Shown piece after piece: positions 1 to 9,434 of a stretch of 49,887 nucleotides of DNA; position 1 is the stretch's first letter, and the number at the start of each line of letters is the position of its first letter. Below the pieces are notes generated by a model. It saw only the letters and a program-made list of their open reading frames with translations. It was not told the DNA's origin and ran no database searches. This DNA is from Methanobacteriota archaeon. Its GTDB lineage: Archaea > Thermoplasmatota > Poseidoniia > Poseidoniales > Thalassarchaeaceae. The DNA is taken from NCBI GenBank assembly GCA_002725475.1, contig PBPH01000011.1, positions 1 through 49,887 on the forward strand, in the 5' to 3' direction. A program made the position numbers and the translations under genes.

Positions 1-46
1 AGGAAGGCTACCGAAAAGGGACGGCTTGAAGACATACTTTCGTAAT

Positions 47-1888
47 TTAACCAACCATCATGAAGAAAATAGCTAGGAAAATGACCACCCCAATCCATAA
101 TGGGGTAGTTGAAGGCTCTAACTTTTTAGATTCCTGAGCACCTGTCTTTCCTTCTAGGTATTGTCTAGATCCTGCGAATCCAATCAATCCAGGTAAGGCA
201 GCCACAATTAGCCCTTGTAGATAGAATGAGAGATTCAATACGTTCGAATCTATTTCACCACCATCACTAACTTTGAGAATAGTTAGGTCACCTCCAGACT
301 GGACCTCCATATACTCTGAGCTGTACACATCACCATCGGATATCATTACTACAGTGTACTCTCCACTTTCTAGGGCTGTTTCAATCTCTGAATCTCCTTC
401 GCCCCCAACAAAGACCAAGTCCTCTTCGGCACAATCATCACCACAGTCTCCACTATAGATTTCAATGAACAGGTCTTCCGGAATATCATCACCTTCAGCC
501 TGAACCGTCACCATTGCGGGCGGGGGTGGCGGGGCTGTCTCGATTGCATTTATAGACCCAATAATTGCAGATTCGTAATAACTCAGAGCGTCAAAATATT
601 GCCCGCCTTGAGTGAGGAAGTTTGCATACCATAAATCCATAGTGAAAGGATAAATTACGTCTGGGTTAACGGCCATTGCCGAATCCAGATATCCTCTTGT
701 AATATTCTCAACTATTCCATTACCCTCAGTCATAATCAATCCTCTTGAAACTGTATGTGTTGTTGAGTTGTATGGGTCTGTGTTGTTAAATGGGTCACTG
801 GATTGTTGTTGTGTGTTATTCCAATCATCGCAATCACCAGTGCCATTGATTTGATCACAATTGTCGTTATCGTAAGGGTCAGTCCAATTATCAGGCAAAC
901 TAGTTGATTCGTTGATCCCAATATATGCAGTTCTTATTGAATCAAATGCATTATGAACGGTTGTTCTAATTTCGTCGTAATTAATTGTAGCAATCTCTTG
1001 GCTTGGAGCAATTGGAGATGATTGAATACAACTGGATCCACCTTCAGCATCACTTTTCCAACCAGGCCCAACGACTTCAAAGGGTGTTATTACTAATTCA
1101 ATTTCCATCCCCATTCCAGAGGATTCCCATTCACCGCCAACACCAGCTTGCTCATTGAGAGTTAAAGGCCACACGTAATTAGTTCCAACAGACAGGTTTT
1201 GACCAGGATTACTCCCAATTAGTTCATCTTTGTAATCTTCACTAACACCTGCTTGAATCATTCTCTTAATTCCGTCATAAACCAAACTCCCACCACCAAC
1301 TACGCCTTTAACCGTAATTGGTCCTGCGGCACCACCTGAGGCAATTGTGCCAACAGTACCACCTCCTATCAAAACCAAACCACCCACTGTTTCACCAAAA
1401 CCTATCAATGCTTCGACAACCCTTCTAGCAACCTCACCATCTTGTTCTGTAATATTGTAAGATAAATTTACTGTTTCGTTTTCAGTACATTCAATGTGAT
1501 TGTAAATTTCTTTGTGCCCCATATCTAATTCGTAGACAGTTCTTCCATCTACTACTACCTCTTCTGGGCTAATGTCCATCCACCCCTCGCCATCCATATT
1601 CCAACTGATGTCGGCAATTACGATGCTATTTCCATGATTCTCATGTTTCACTTCACTAACTAATAGAATTTCAGAAGATCCTCCGAACAGCCAGCCAAAG
1701 TATGGCACTGAGTCATCATAGTCTTCAGTTGAATACAATTTGTTAATGAATACTTGGACTCTAATTGGTGGGTCATTTGGTTCATCATAGTGTGCTTCTA
1801 CTCTTTCAATTGGTGTGGTCAATGGACAGACCATTGTCACTAATAATATAATTATCATCATTAAACCGCGGCGATAGTAACCCTTCAC
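47..1888 (-). CDS. Secreted or membrane-anchored surface protein, function unknown
   Basis: 613-aa ORF. It has an N-terminal hydrophobic signal/anchor (LMMIIILLVTMVCPL), a Gly-rich segment (GGLVLIGGGTVGTIASGGAAG), a poly-Pro linker (PPPPPA), an acidic beta-rich C-terminal module (GEYTVVMISDGDVYSSEYMEVQSGG) and a C-terminal TM (LWIGVVIFLAIFFMMVG). No catalytic motif recognised. Confidence 0.6.
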   Translation of the reverse strand: MKGYYRRGLMMIIILLVTMVCPLTTPIERVEAHYDEPNDPPIRVQVFINKLYSTEDYDDSVPYFGWLFGGSSEILLVSEVKHENHGNSIVIADISWNMDGEGWMDISPEEVVVDGRTVYELDMGHKEIYNHIECTENETVNLSYNITEQDGEVARRVVEALIGFGETVGGLVLIGGGTVGTIASGGAAGPITVKGVVGGGSLVYDGIKRMIQAGVSEDYKDELIGSNPGQNLSVGTNYVWPLTLNEQAGVGGEWESSGMGMEIELVITPFEVVGPGWKSDAEGGSSCIQSSPIAPSQEIATINYDEIRTTVHNAFDSIRTAYIGINESTSLPDNWTDPYDNDNCDQINGTGDCDDWNNTQQQSSDPFNNTDPYNSTTHTVSRGLIMTEGNGIVENITRGYLDSAMAVNPDVIYPFTMDLWYANFLTQGGQYFDALSYYESAIIGSINAIETAPPPPPAMVTVQAEGDDIPEDLFIEIYSGDCGDDCAEEDLVFVGGEGDSEIETALESGEYTVVMISDGDVYSSEYMEVQSGGDLTILKVSDGGEIDSNVLNLSFYLQGLIVAALPGLIGFAGSRQYLEGKTGAQESKKLEPSTTPLWIGVVIFLAIFFMMVG

Positions 1889-1949
1889 ATCTTCACCTTC
1901 TAAGGTGTTAAGTTACAGGGGCGGCAATAATTGTGCCGGTTCTCCTGAA

Positions 1950-4088
1950 CTAAGATTCAATCGTTTTTTCTTCAATAATCTCAATATTACCTGGGGGGAG
2001 ACAACCTAATACATCATCTTGTGTAAGGCCAGTTGATTTTGCAATTTGATTAGCAATTGCCTCTTTCTTAGTATTGCCCGGCCCAATTCTAAACCATCTA
2101 CTGCACCACTTCGTGACGGCATCATGCGTTCCAGTTAATGGAAGAGGAATTCCATTGATGATTGCCATTCCAATGGTCATCTCCATTTTCAAATCCCGTA
2201 ACCAATTACGTTTTCCTCGCACAATCCAAGCACCTCTAGCAAGAGCTTCGCCGGTTTCTGCAGTTTTGCTAACTTGTGTGGGTTCTACCCAAAATGCAGT
2301 AGCCGCAGCACCTCCAGATGACCATCCACGACTCCATACTACCGCCATCGATGCAGCATCCTCAATAGTTGTCTTTTCAAAATTTTCAGAATCAAAAGTT
2401 TGTGTCAATCGAAGAGCAGGGACACCTTCTGGAATTCCAGGCAAGGGGTGTGGATCCTCTTCAAATCCCTCTTTTAGTTTGAGTGCGCACGAAGGTGCGC
2501 CGTGTATATCTGCGTGAAAGTAAAGATCCTCTCTCTTGAGGTATTTGTTGACAACGGTATCATTTCCTCGCGCATCTTTCCCACCTAGCATTAATTGCCC
2601 ATTTCCAACTACAGCCCATCGATGCTTTTCAATCCACAATTGCTTACTTCTCTTGACCGTATGTAATCTTCCAGCAGCCTCATCTTTTGCACGCTTTTTC
2701 TCACCGCTTGCAATTTTCTGCTTTGTCTCTTTAATTGCTTTGATTGCTCCAGCAGATTTTTCTTTTTGCTTACGCCCAGCATCAAAATAGCGCTGTGCAT
2801 TTTGATGGACAGTCTGATCTAAGTGAATCTCTATTCTTTGACCTGGCTCACCGTCCTCGTCTGGAAGATAGGCCTTCATGGTTCGTTTTGCAGGATCAAC
2901 GGATTCAATCCATTCTATTTCCTTTAATTTCTTCCTCACCGAACTCCAACCATCTTCGTCAACTGCCTTTATTGTCTGACTAATTAGTGTGTCAATATGT
3001 TCCCAATTGTTTTGAATAGAAATTCCTAGGGCCTGTTGAGATTCAGCTTTTGCATGGAATCCCGCGATTGCTCTTTCTTGCTGAGCAAGTCTTCTTTCTA
3101 ATGCGCTGCCTTCGTCTCTAATTTGTCTTTCATCAATTAATTCTGCGGCTTTCTCTTGAGCTCTACGAGCAGTTGCTGTAGCATCCCAACCACCTTTCCA
3201 AGCGTCTGCAGCATCTGCTAGTCTAGGATATTCGATTGTGATGAATTCCGCATGCTGTGGGAGAGTAAAGGGAACAACTTCTATTCCATGTTCTTCAAAA
3301 ACGGCATCTTTTGCTAGTGGATTTTCACCTGCTTCCGCAAGATCCTTTTTCCCTCTTTTATCTAGAATTAGAAACCCTCCAGATTCAGTTTCTAGTTGCA
3401 TTGAGATTGTTTGGAGCCCTGATTGAACCTTCTCTATTTCATCATCATTTAGTTCAGAAGCAATCTTTTCTGAGGGGATACTAGCTAGATTACTAACGGC
3501 CTCAGCATAAGTCCCTGCAAGATTTACTCGACTGGCTAGAGTTCTCACCAAATCAGCGTCACTTTCAGAAAGAATAGGTGCCAGATCGTTTGAATTGAGT
3601 GAGCGCGGGTCAATCTGTGAAGGCGGTAATTCATACAATTCTCCTTTTTTCAAGGTTCTTTTCGCATATTTTACATTGGTTAGGGGTTGAATAATAACGC
3701 CTTCAGAGTCAAGAAGTAGGACATTGCCATCTCTGAACATCTCAATAACGAGACTTCTAATTCCATCACGAGTCTCAAAATCGAGTGTCAAAATTCTATC
3801 AAAAGCATGTTGCCTTACATCGACCAAACGGCTATTCATTAGGTGTTTACGCAATAACATCGAGAATGACGATGGGTTTGGGGGCATAGGGCGATCTCTT
3901 CGTGAGAGATAGATTCGCTTTCCTCTTACAATTACCAAATCTACTTGCGCATCTTCCTTCGGATTGAGTCTTAGCACCACTTGTTCCCAATGAGGGTGGT
4001 AAGCCTTCCTAGCTCTCGAGCCAATGTAAGTTCGCAATTCTGCTACGATTCTAGCGACATCAAAACTGCTCATTTGACCTTTAATCAA
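1950..4088 (-). CDS. NFACT-family protein (FbpA/Rqc2/RqcH-like ribosome quality-control factor)
   Basis: 712-aa ORF. The N-terminus MSSFDVARIVAEL...WEQVVLRLNP...DLVIVRGKRIYLS is typical of NFACT-N. A central coiled-coil region follows, and a C-terminal DUF814/NFACT-R-like segment is present (DLYFHADIHGAPSCALK). Confidence 0.85.
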   Translation of the reverse strand: MIKGQMSSFDVARIVAELRTYIGSRARKAYHPHWEQVVLRLNPKEDAQVDLVIVRGKRIYLSRRDRPMPPNPSSFSMLLRKHLMNSRLVDVRQHAFDRILTLDFETRDGIRSLVIEMFRDGNVLLLDSEGVIIQPLTNVKYAKRTLKKGELYELPPSQIDPRSLNSNDLAPILSESDADLVRTLASRVNLAGTYAEAVSNLASIPSEKIASELNDDEIEKVQSGLQTISMQLETESGGFLILDKRGKKDLAEAGENPLAKDAVFEEHGIEVVPFTLPQHAEFITIEYPRLADAADAWKGGWDATATARRAQEKAAELIDERQIRDEGSALERRLAQQERAIAGFHAKAESQQALGISIQNNWEHIDTLISQTIKAVDEDGWSSVRKKLKEIEWIESVDPAKRTMKAYLPDEDGEPGQRIEIHLDQTVHQNAQRYFDAGRKQKEKSAGAIKAIKETKQKIASGEKKRAKDEAAGRLHTVKRSKQLWIEKHRWAVVGNGQLMLGGKDARGNDTVVNKYLKREDLYFHADIHGAPSCALKLKEGFEEDPHPLPGIPEGVPALRLTQTFDSENFEKTTIEDAASMAVVWSRGWSSGGAAATAFWVEPTQVSKTAETGEALARGAWIVRGKRNWLRDLKMEMTIGMAIINGIPLPLTGTHDAVTKWCSRWFRIGPGNTKKEAIANQIAKSTGLTQDDVLGCLPPGNIEIIEEKTIES

Positions 4089-4202
4089 CTCACCCCCTGC
4101 ACCCTTAGCCCTTACGTGTCGATTGGTCCCCTGTGCTGACCCTTCATCAAATTCGTCATTAAATTAGCCTAACAAGTGCTGCCATAGGATGATAGGTGAG
4201 TT

Positions 4203-4952
4203 TTGTTTCCCGTAACCATGGCCGGAGCCTTGATGTTGGGTATTGTTGTAACAGTCATCATTTTGTTGATGCTATTATTTTGGATAATCGGTGCCTATAA
4301 TAGAATGGTAGATTTAAGAAACGAAGTTGAAAATCAATATCAAAACTTGGAGACGCAAATCGGAGTTAAGGACCAAAAGATTGCACTAGTTGAAGAAACA
4401 GATCTTGCTCAATTGGGGTTAGAAAGTTCAGTCTATGACAAAATCATAGATGCACGTAAGAAGTTCGCATCAGCAAAAAGCAGTGGCAATAGGGCCGACA
4501 TGATGGCTGCAAATGGTTTGCTAGATTCAGTAATTCCTCAAGTTCTTGCTTTTGCAGAAGACAACCCAGAATTGACCTCCCATAATGTATTGGTTGCTGG
4601 CCTTGAGGAAGGAGTTCAAGCAATTGCTAAGATGGCAAATGAAGTTGAAGAATACAATCAGGCAGCAAAGAATTACAATACAGTCACAGAAATGTTCCCA
4701 ACACTACTTGTTGCCCGAATGTTTGGATTTAAGCGAGCGGAACTATTTGATTTGTATTCCAAAGAGCAGGTAGATCAAATGTTTGATCGAAGAGCAAGCT
4801 TAGGCAGTTTTGTAGAATCGAAGAAATCAGCAGCCGATATCAAGACAGAGGAACTGAAAGACGAAATTGCTGCAATTGAGGCTGAAACAGAATTAATGAA
4901 AGCAAAAGCCGAACTCGCTGCTTTGAAGGAAAAAATGGCCGAAGATGAATAA
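4203..4952 (+). CDS. lemA: LemA family membrane protein
   Basis: An N-terminal TM is followed by IIGAYNRMVDLRNEVENQYQNLETQ, and later YNQAAKNYNTVTEMFPTLLVARMFGF, both LemA hallmarks. The track start at 4203 is TTG; an in-frame ATG at 4218 is an alternative start. Confidence 0.85.
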   Translation: MFPVTMAGALMLGIVVTVIILLMLLFWIIGAYNRMVDLRNEVENQYQNLETQIGVKDQKIALVEETDLAQLGLESSVYDKIIDARKKFASAKSSGNRADMMAANGLLDSVIPQVLAFAEDNPELTSHNVLVAGLEEGVQAIAKMANEVEEYNQAAKNYNTVTEMFPTLLVARMFGFKRAELFDLYSKEQVDQMFDRRASLGSFVESKKSAADIKTEELKDEIAAIEAETELMKAKAELAALKEKMAEDE

Positions 4953-6476
4953 TTACAACGAAATCATCAATACGATAATTGTTGTAATTATTAGTAGGGC
5001 ACTAGGTCCAAAGTTCCCAAATAATGATGTCTTTGGCTTCAATATTGAAAACTCAGTTCCTTTTGCAATCTTTGCATGACGCCTAGGGGCATCCTCGCCG
5101 ACAGCCATTAGAGTATGATGTACTCTGCTAGCATTTTCAGAAACAGTACCTCTAGGAATTTCATCGTGAGGTCTTCCTTTAACTCTGGCCATAACATAAG
5201 TCGGATCACCCATGGCTATTGCATCCAATGTCCATTCGTGTCTAATCATTCTGCCACCGCGTTTTGGTGTTTCATAAGGCCCACACCCCTTTTTTCCTCT
5301 CTTGTTGCGTTCCCAAATTGAATTCCCTAAATCTACATCTTCAAAAGTTGGAGTTTTAATTAGAATTCCCCCAGTCCCATCATGCAACATGTAATCCAAT
5401 TTTTGACTCCCACCTCGTACAAGTCTAGTTTCAGTTCGAGTTCTAGTTCGCAGCCTTCCTTTGCTATCAGTATATGTTTCAGTCCATCTCTCAGTGGCGT
5501 TGTATGCCCATGACCAAGCCACTAGGTTTCTGAATGTCCAACCTTCGTCCTTGCATCCATCGACGTTTAGGACTTCAAACGAAGCATCTGTAATTGGGCG
5601 AACTTGACCAACTAATTCATTATGTCCTCCATCAATAAATTTTACAATTGAAGTAATTGTATCCCAAGCTTCCATCACTTTCTTGTTTGAAAAATAAGAA
5701 TAGATAATCAGAATCGTACCTATGGAAATTAGTGAGATGAAAAGTAAGTTTAAATCAATTCTAGTTGATTTTGGTAGTCCAAGAAAACAACCAGTTAGAA
5801 ACAAAACAGCAAATATGTGACAGAAAAATCTTGCAGTAAATTGGGTAGGTGTTGCATTGTACATGGCGCTGAATTTTTTATGACGAGGGTGTTCGGTGAA
5901 AATCAACTCTTGAGCATCAATTGATTCAGCTTTTTTAATTATTTTTTTCATATGATTTGAAGCCTCATCTTCACTCGAAAATTTTCCCTCAATATTTCCA
6001 TCTAAATTAACCACCCATTCATCACCATCTGCTTCAACGGTTAATTCTGGGCCATCTTGCTCATACCTTGACAGTGGGTTTGATTCCCACTCTCCCTCTT
6101 TTTCATCCCATTCCAATCTATCTAGGTGCCATTCAGATTGTTTCATTGGAGGAGTAGGATCGACATTCCAACCATCTGAAATTCCGCCGGGCACAAATTG
6201 ATCCATCATTTGTTTGAAGGGATTTGGGCTGGCAAAACCAAGAATAATTAATCCAGGGACTGCAAAAGATAGGGGGACAAGGCCAGATTTATTTTGAACC
6301 GTAATTAGTGTTGTCAAACTTGAAAACAATCCAAATCCTAGTGAAAGAGCACCTATTGACCAAAATACCCACCCCCAAGTTGTTCCGGGCCAAGTCCAAC
6401 AAAACCAACGCGGTAATAGTGGGCCATCATCTGAGTTTTTTTTATCATCCTCAGAATCCGTGTGGTTCTCAATCAT
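4953..6476 (-). CDS. Multi-pass membrane protein with a GIDE-like C-terminal domain (tentative)
   Basis: 507-aa ORF with several TM helices. The C-terminal region (GHNELVGQVRPI...RLVRGGSQKLDYMLHDGTGGILIKTPTFEDVDLG...AIAMGDPTYVMARVKG) plus a terminal TM resembles the GIDE (PF12483-type) layout. This was recognised by eye only. Confidence 0.5.
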   Translation of the reverse strand: MIENHTDSEDDKKNSDDGPLLPRWFCWTWPGTTWGWVFWSIGALSLGFGLFSSLTTLITVQNKSGLVPLSFAVPGLIILGFASPNPFKQMMDQFVPGGISDGWNVDPTPPMKQSEWHLDRLEWDEKEGEWESNPLSRYEQDGPELTVEADGDEWVVNLDGNIEGKFSSEDEASNHMKKIIKKAESIDAQELIFTEHPRHKKFSAMYNATPTQFTARFFCHIFAVLFLTGCFLGLPKSTRIDLNLLFISLISIGTILIIYSYFSNKKVMEAWDTITSIVKFIDGGHNELVGQVRPITDASFEVLNVDGCKDEGWTFRNLVAWSWAYNATERWTETYTDSKGRLRTRTRTETRLVRGGSQKLDYMLHDGTGGILIKTPTFEDVDLGNSIWERNKRGKKGCGPYETPKRGGRMIRHEWTLDAIAMGDPTYVMARVKGRPHDEIPRGTVSENASRVHHTLMAVGEDAPRRHAKIAKGTEFSILKPKTSLFGNFGPSALLIITTIIVLMISL

Positions 6477-6491
6477 AATTTCACCTTTTTT

Positions 6492-8030
6492 CTAATTTAG
6501 ATACCAGTTAATTCCCTTTTGAATTACATTACCATCTCTCTCATGTGTGCGCAGGTGCGAGAGTGCCTGGTCAAGTTTGAGAATAGGGTGGGCCTCGGGC
6601 GAATCTTCGTAGGCTAATTCAGCAATCATAGAGATGTCATGAACTCCATTTTTTACAGCATCTAGAATTCGTGAATGCCGAGATTTCCTGTGTCTGATAT
6701 ATCGATTCAGTAGTTTTTCAGGAACAGGTGAAAGTGGTCCATGTGCTGGAAGAAGTATCGGGGGTTTTAGGTCACGGATTCTCTCAAGGCTAGCGATATA
6801 GAGGTTCATATCACCATCACTGGGTGGGACCAGAATAGTCCCATCCATTACAGCTAAATCTCCTGAAATAATTCCCACCTCACTAGCGAGACAAATATGC
6901 CCCGGGCAGTGTCCTGGAGTTTCCAACACCTTCCAATTAATCATTCCAGAAGGTCCCAAAATTGACAATTTTTCTCCGTCAGCAAGAATTCGATTTGTAT
7001 CACAAGAAGGTATTACAGCAAGAGTTTCAGCAGTAGCCCATACGGGTGCTTCGTAAATCTTTGATATAGCTGTCAAGTCACCAATATGGTCTGGATGCTT
7101 ATGGGTGAATATAGTTGCTACAACCCGGCCACCATCTCTTTCAGCGGCACTAATTCTGCGCTCAAGATATTCGAGTCCCACAGGATCTCTAGCGGCTGGA
7201 TCTACAACGAGTAACTCCCCACCAGGTTCGCCAAGAATGTAGCAATTCGTATGGGTGGCAGGAGGGAGGGTGACTGTTGGAAGTGGGACGCATTGAACGC
7301 CAGGCGCGAACTCGATATGATGTTCCCCGGAAGAAGGGCTTTCAGACATTTTAGAAGTAGCAAATTCGATATCCCCGCTAGATTGTTCTAGGGCTGAAAT
7401 CATGTCGCGTAGAAGAGTAATTTGAGGGGGTGGTATTCTCATCTCATTTTTCCTCCAGGCTTCAAGTGCGTGTTTTGGAGTTAGCCAACGAAACTCATCA
7501 AATTCACTACGTGATTCAGGGAATGTTGGTGCGGGGGGCTTTGAATCGTGAAAGTGGAAAAAATGGTTAGCAAATCTGAATCTTGTAATAGGGGGGGTTG
7601 TTCGAAGTGAAATTATTTTGAATTGTGATGAATTTGTTTCTAATTCTCCATTTTTCACTAAAGGATGCCAATTTTTCCCATCTTCAACAACCAATTCTCT
7701 AGATGCTTTTCCTACTTTGACTAAGCCAGACTTGCCCGGGGCCCAGCCGACCTCTTCCACCATTTCTCTCATCAATGCTGCAAGAGCTGCCCCTTCATCA
7801 TCAGATGATAAATGCGGCAATTCATTGGCTGCATCCCGATCAAAAGAAGTCACCCCTCCTCCAGGAAATGCCCAGAAATCAGGAAATGTTGGCATCTGAG
7901 AAATTCTGTGACAAAACAAGATTTCCACACCCTCCATTCCATCTCTAGTGGCGACTAATGAGGCTGAAGGTTTGATTCTGTATGATGCCACATCCGGCAC
8001 CTCAAATCCTTCCGGCACCTCGGTCATCAA
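6492..8030 (-). CDS. Nudix hydrolase / metallo-beta-lactamase-fold hydrolase fusion protein
   Basis: The N-terminal half has a Nudix-box-like GGGV...LMREMVEEVGW. The C-terminal half has the MBL motif THKHPDHIGD plus TPGHCPGH and LLPAHG. Confidence 0.8.
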   Translation of the reverse strand: MMTEVPEGFEVPDVASYRIKPSASLVATRDGMEGVEILFCHRISQMPTFPDFWAFPGGGVTSFDRDAANELPHLSSDDEGAALAALMREMVEEVGWAPGKSGLVKVGKASRELVVEDGKNWHPLVKNGELETNSSQFKIISLRTTPPITRFRFANHFFHFHDSKPPAPTFPESRSEFDEFRWLTPKHALEAWRKNEMRIPPPQITLLRDMISALEQSSGDIEFATSKMSESPSSGEHHIEFAPGVQCVPLPTVTLPPATHTNCYILGEPGGELLVVDPAARDPVGLEYLERRISAAERDGGRVVATIFTHKHPDHIGDLTAISKIYEAPVWATAETLAVIPSCDTNRILADGEKLSILGPSGMINWKVLETPGHCPGHICLASEVGIISGDLAVMDGTILVPPSDGDMNLYIASLERIRDLKPPILLPAHGPLSPVPEKLLNRYIRHRKSRHSRILDAVKNGVHDISMIAELAYEDSPEAHPILKLDQALSHLRTHERDGNVIQKGINWYLN

Positions 8031-8079
8031 TTACCCCACACACCGCTTCTCTTGAAATCTATTGCACCTTCCGGGGTAC

Positions 8080-8238
8080 ATGAGCAGAGATGATCCACTT
8101 GCGCCACTTCTCGAAGAAATTGAAAAAGAACAGAGAAAGAAGCAGATTTCTTCACGCATCGCAAAGATTTCTCTTGCTTGGTTCATGATCCTGTTGATGA
8201 TTGGCTGGGTGTCAAAATATGCTTATCGCCTAATATAG
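8080..8238 (+). CDS. Candidate small tail-anchored membrane protein (52 aa)
   Basis: ATG-initiated ORF below the track cutoff: MSRDDPLAPLLEEIEKEQRKKQISSRIAKISLAWFMILLMIGWVSKYAYRLI. It has a charged N-terminus and one C-terminal TM. There is no homology evidence. Confidence 0.25.
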   Translation: MSRDDPLAPLLEEIEKEQRKKQISSRIAKISLAWFMILLMIGWVSKYAYRLI

Positions 8239-8260
8239 CCAAAATAATTGAGGAGTTAAG

Positions 8261-8333
8261 TAGCCCCTTCCAGATTCGAACTGGAGTCCTATGATCCAGA
8301 GTCACAGATGATGGACCGCTACACTAAGGGGCT
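8261..8333 (-). tRNA. tRNA-Gln (anticodon CUG)
   Basis: The reverse complement AGCCCCTTAGTGTAGCGGTCCATCATCTGTGACTCTGGATCATAGGACTCCAGTTCGAATCTGGAAGGGGCT folds as a cloverleaf. It has a 7-bp acceptor stem with A1-U72, an anticodon stem TGTGA/TCATA with loop CTCTGGA (anticodon CTG), and a T arm TCCAG-TTCGAAT-CTGGA. Confidence 0.9.
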
Positions 8334-8402
8334 GTGAGTGAGTGTGGCGAGTACTATCGGTTATTTCAAGCCCACCGAAAGAGCGATTGATGAAAAGTCA
8401 GT

Positions 8403-8561
8403 CTAATCATCATCTCGTCTTTTTTCAGAAACATAAATTCCCTTTTCTTCGAATTCATTGAACATTTTATCGCCTAACCAAGCGAAAAAAAGGCTAATGG
8501 GGTCTCCGGGAATTAGTATGATTATGATTATCGCAATTAATCCCCACCAATACCAATCCAT
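8403..8561 (-). CDS. Small membrane protein (about 52 aa), function unknown
   Basis: The ORF track gives 8403..8594. The internal Met (MDWYWWGLIAIIIIILIPG...) avoids overlap with the upstream AKR stop. The product has one TM plus a charged tail. Confidence 0.35.
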   Translation of the reverse strand: MDWYWWGLIAIIIIILIPGDPISLFFAWLGDKMFNEFEEKGIYVSEKRRDDD

Positions 8562-8569
8562 TGTTTCAC

Positions 8570-9430
8570 CTATGCTTCGGAAGTAGGATCCCACCCTGAA
8601 ATATAATTCTCTTCAAGTTCTCTGAATAAATCCAAATGCCCCTCTAACTTTACTTCAAGGGATGATAAATTTTCTTCAATTCTACTAGCGTTGCTTGATT
8701 TTGGTACAGTTATGCACCCATTATCAAGACACCACTTGATTGCTAATTGAGCAGGCGTGCAACCTATATCACTCGCAATTTTTGCAAGTTTCGGGTCATC
8801 AACCTTGTGACCTCTAGCCAGTGGCGAGTAGGCCATAACTGTGGCTCCAATAGATTCAGTAGCTGCACGTAGTGCAGTTCTCTGTAACCAGGGGTGAACT
8901 TCGATTTGATTAACTGCGGGTAGAAGTTTAGCGTATGAGCGCATGTTATCCAAGTGGTGTGCTCCATAATTTGAAACACCTATTGCTTTTGTCCAACCAT
9001 TTCTAAGGCATTCTTCCATTCCTTTCCATGTTGGTGCCCTATGCTCCTGATTTTTTGGAGGCGCATGGACTAGGTATAGGTCAATGAATTCAAGTTTAAG
9101 ATTTTTTAGAGATTCTTGACAACGTTGCATAGCTGCTTCAAACCCTAATGCATGAGGTTGCCTCAATTTGGTGGTTACAAACAATTCATCTCTAGTTATA
9201 ATTCCACGAGATATAGCTTCAGCGATTGCTTCTCCAACTTCATGCTCGTTCTCATATGCCATCGCTGTATCAATATGGCGATATCCCAACTCAAGGGCTG
9301 TGAGTACTGCTTGGAAACATTCGCCAGGCTCACTCATCAGGAATGTTCCCAAGCCAAACTGAGGTACATTAGAGGTGAATTCCTTCTTACCATCGACCGT
9401 TAGGTGCCCGATTTGAATAATCGGCCCCAC
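8570..9430 (-). CDS. Aldo/keto reductase (2,5-diketo-D-gluconate reductase-like)
   Basis: Motifs GYRHIDTAMAYENE, LFVTTKL, IDLYLVHAP, IGVSNY and LQRTALRAA...AYSPLARG...PKSSNASRIEEN, at the typical AKR length of 286 aa. Confidence 0.9.
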   Translation of the reverse strand: MGPIIQIGHLTVDGKKEFTSNVPQFGLGTFLMSEPGECFQAVLTALELGYRHIDTAMAYENEHEVGEAIAEAISRGIITRDELFVTTKLRQPHALGFEAAMQRCQESLKNLKLEFIDLYLVHAPPKNQEHRAPTWKGMEECLRNGWTKAIGVSNYGAHHLDNMRSYAKLLPAVNQIEVHPWLQRTALRAATESIGATVMAYSPLARGHKVDDPKLAKIASDIGCTPAQLAIKWCLDNGCITVPKSSNASRIEENLSSLEVKLEGHLDLFRELEENYISGWDPTSEA

Positions 9431-9434
9431 AAAC

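Noticed and set aside
8334-8402. Possible C/D-box sRNA (a TGATGA box near 8388) in the spacer next to tRNA-Gln
   Set aside because: Only one C-box-like hexamer is present. There is no properly spaced D/D' (CTGA) boxes, C' box or terminal stem, which is not enough evidence by eye.
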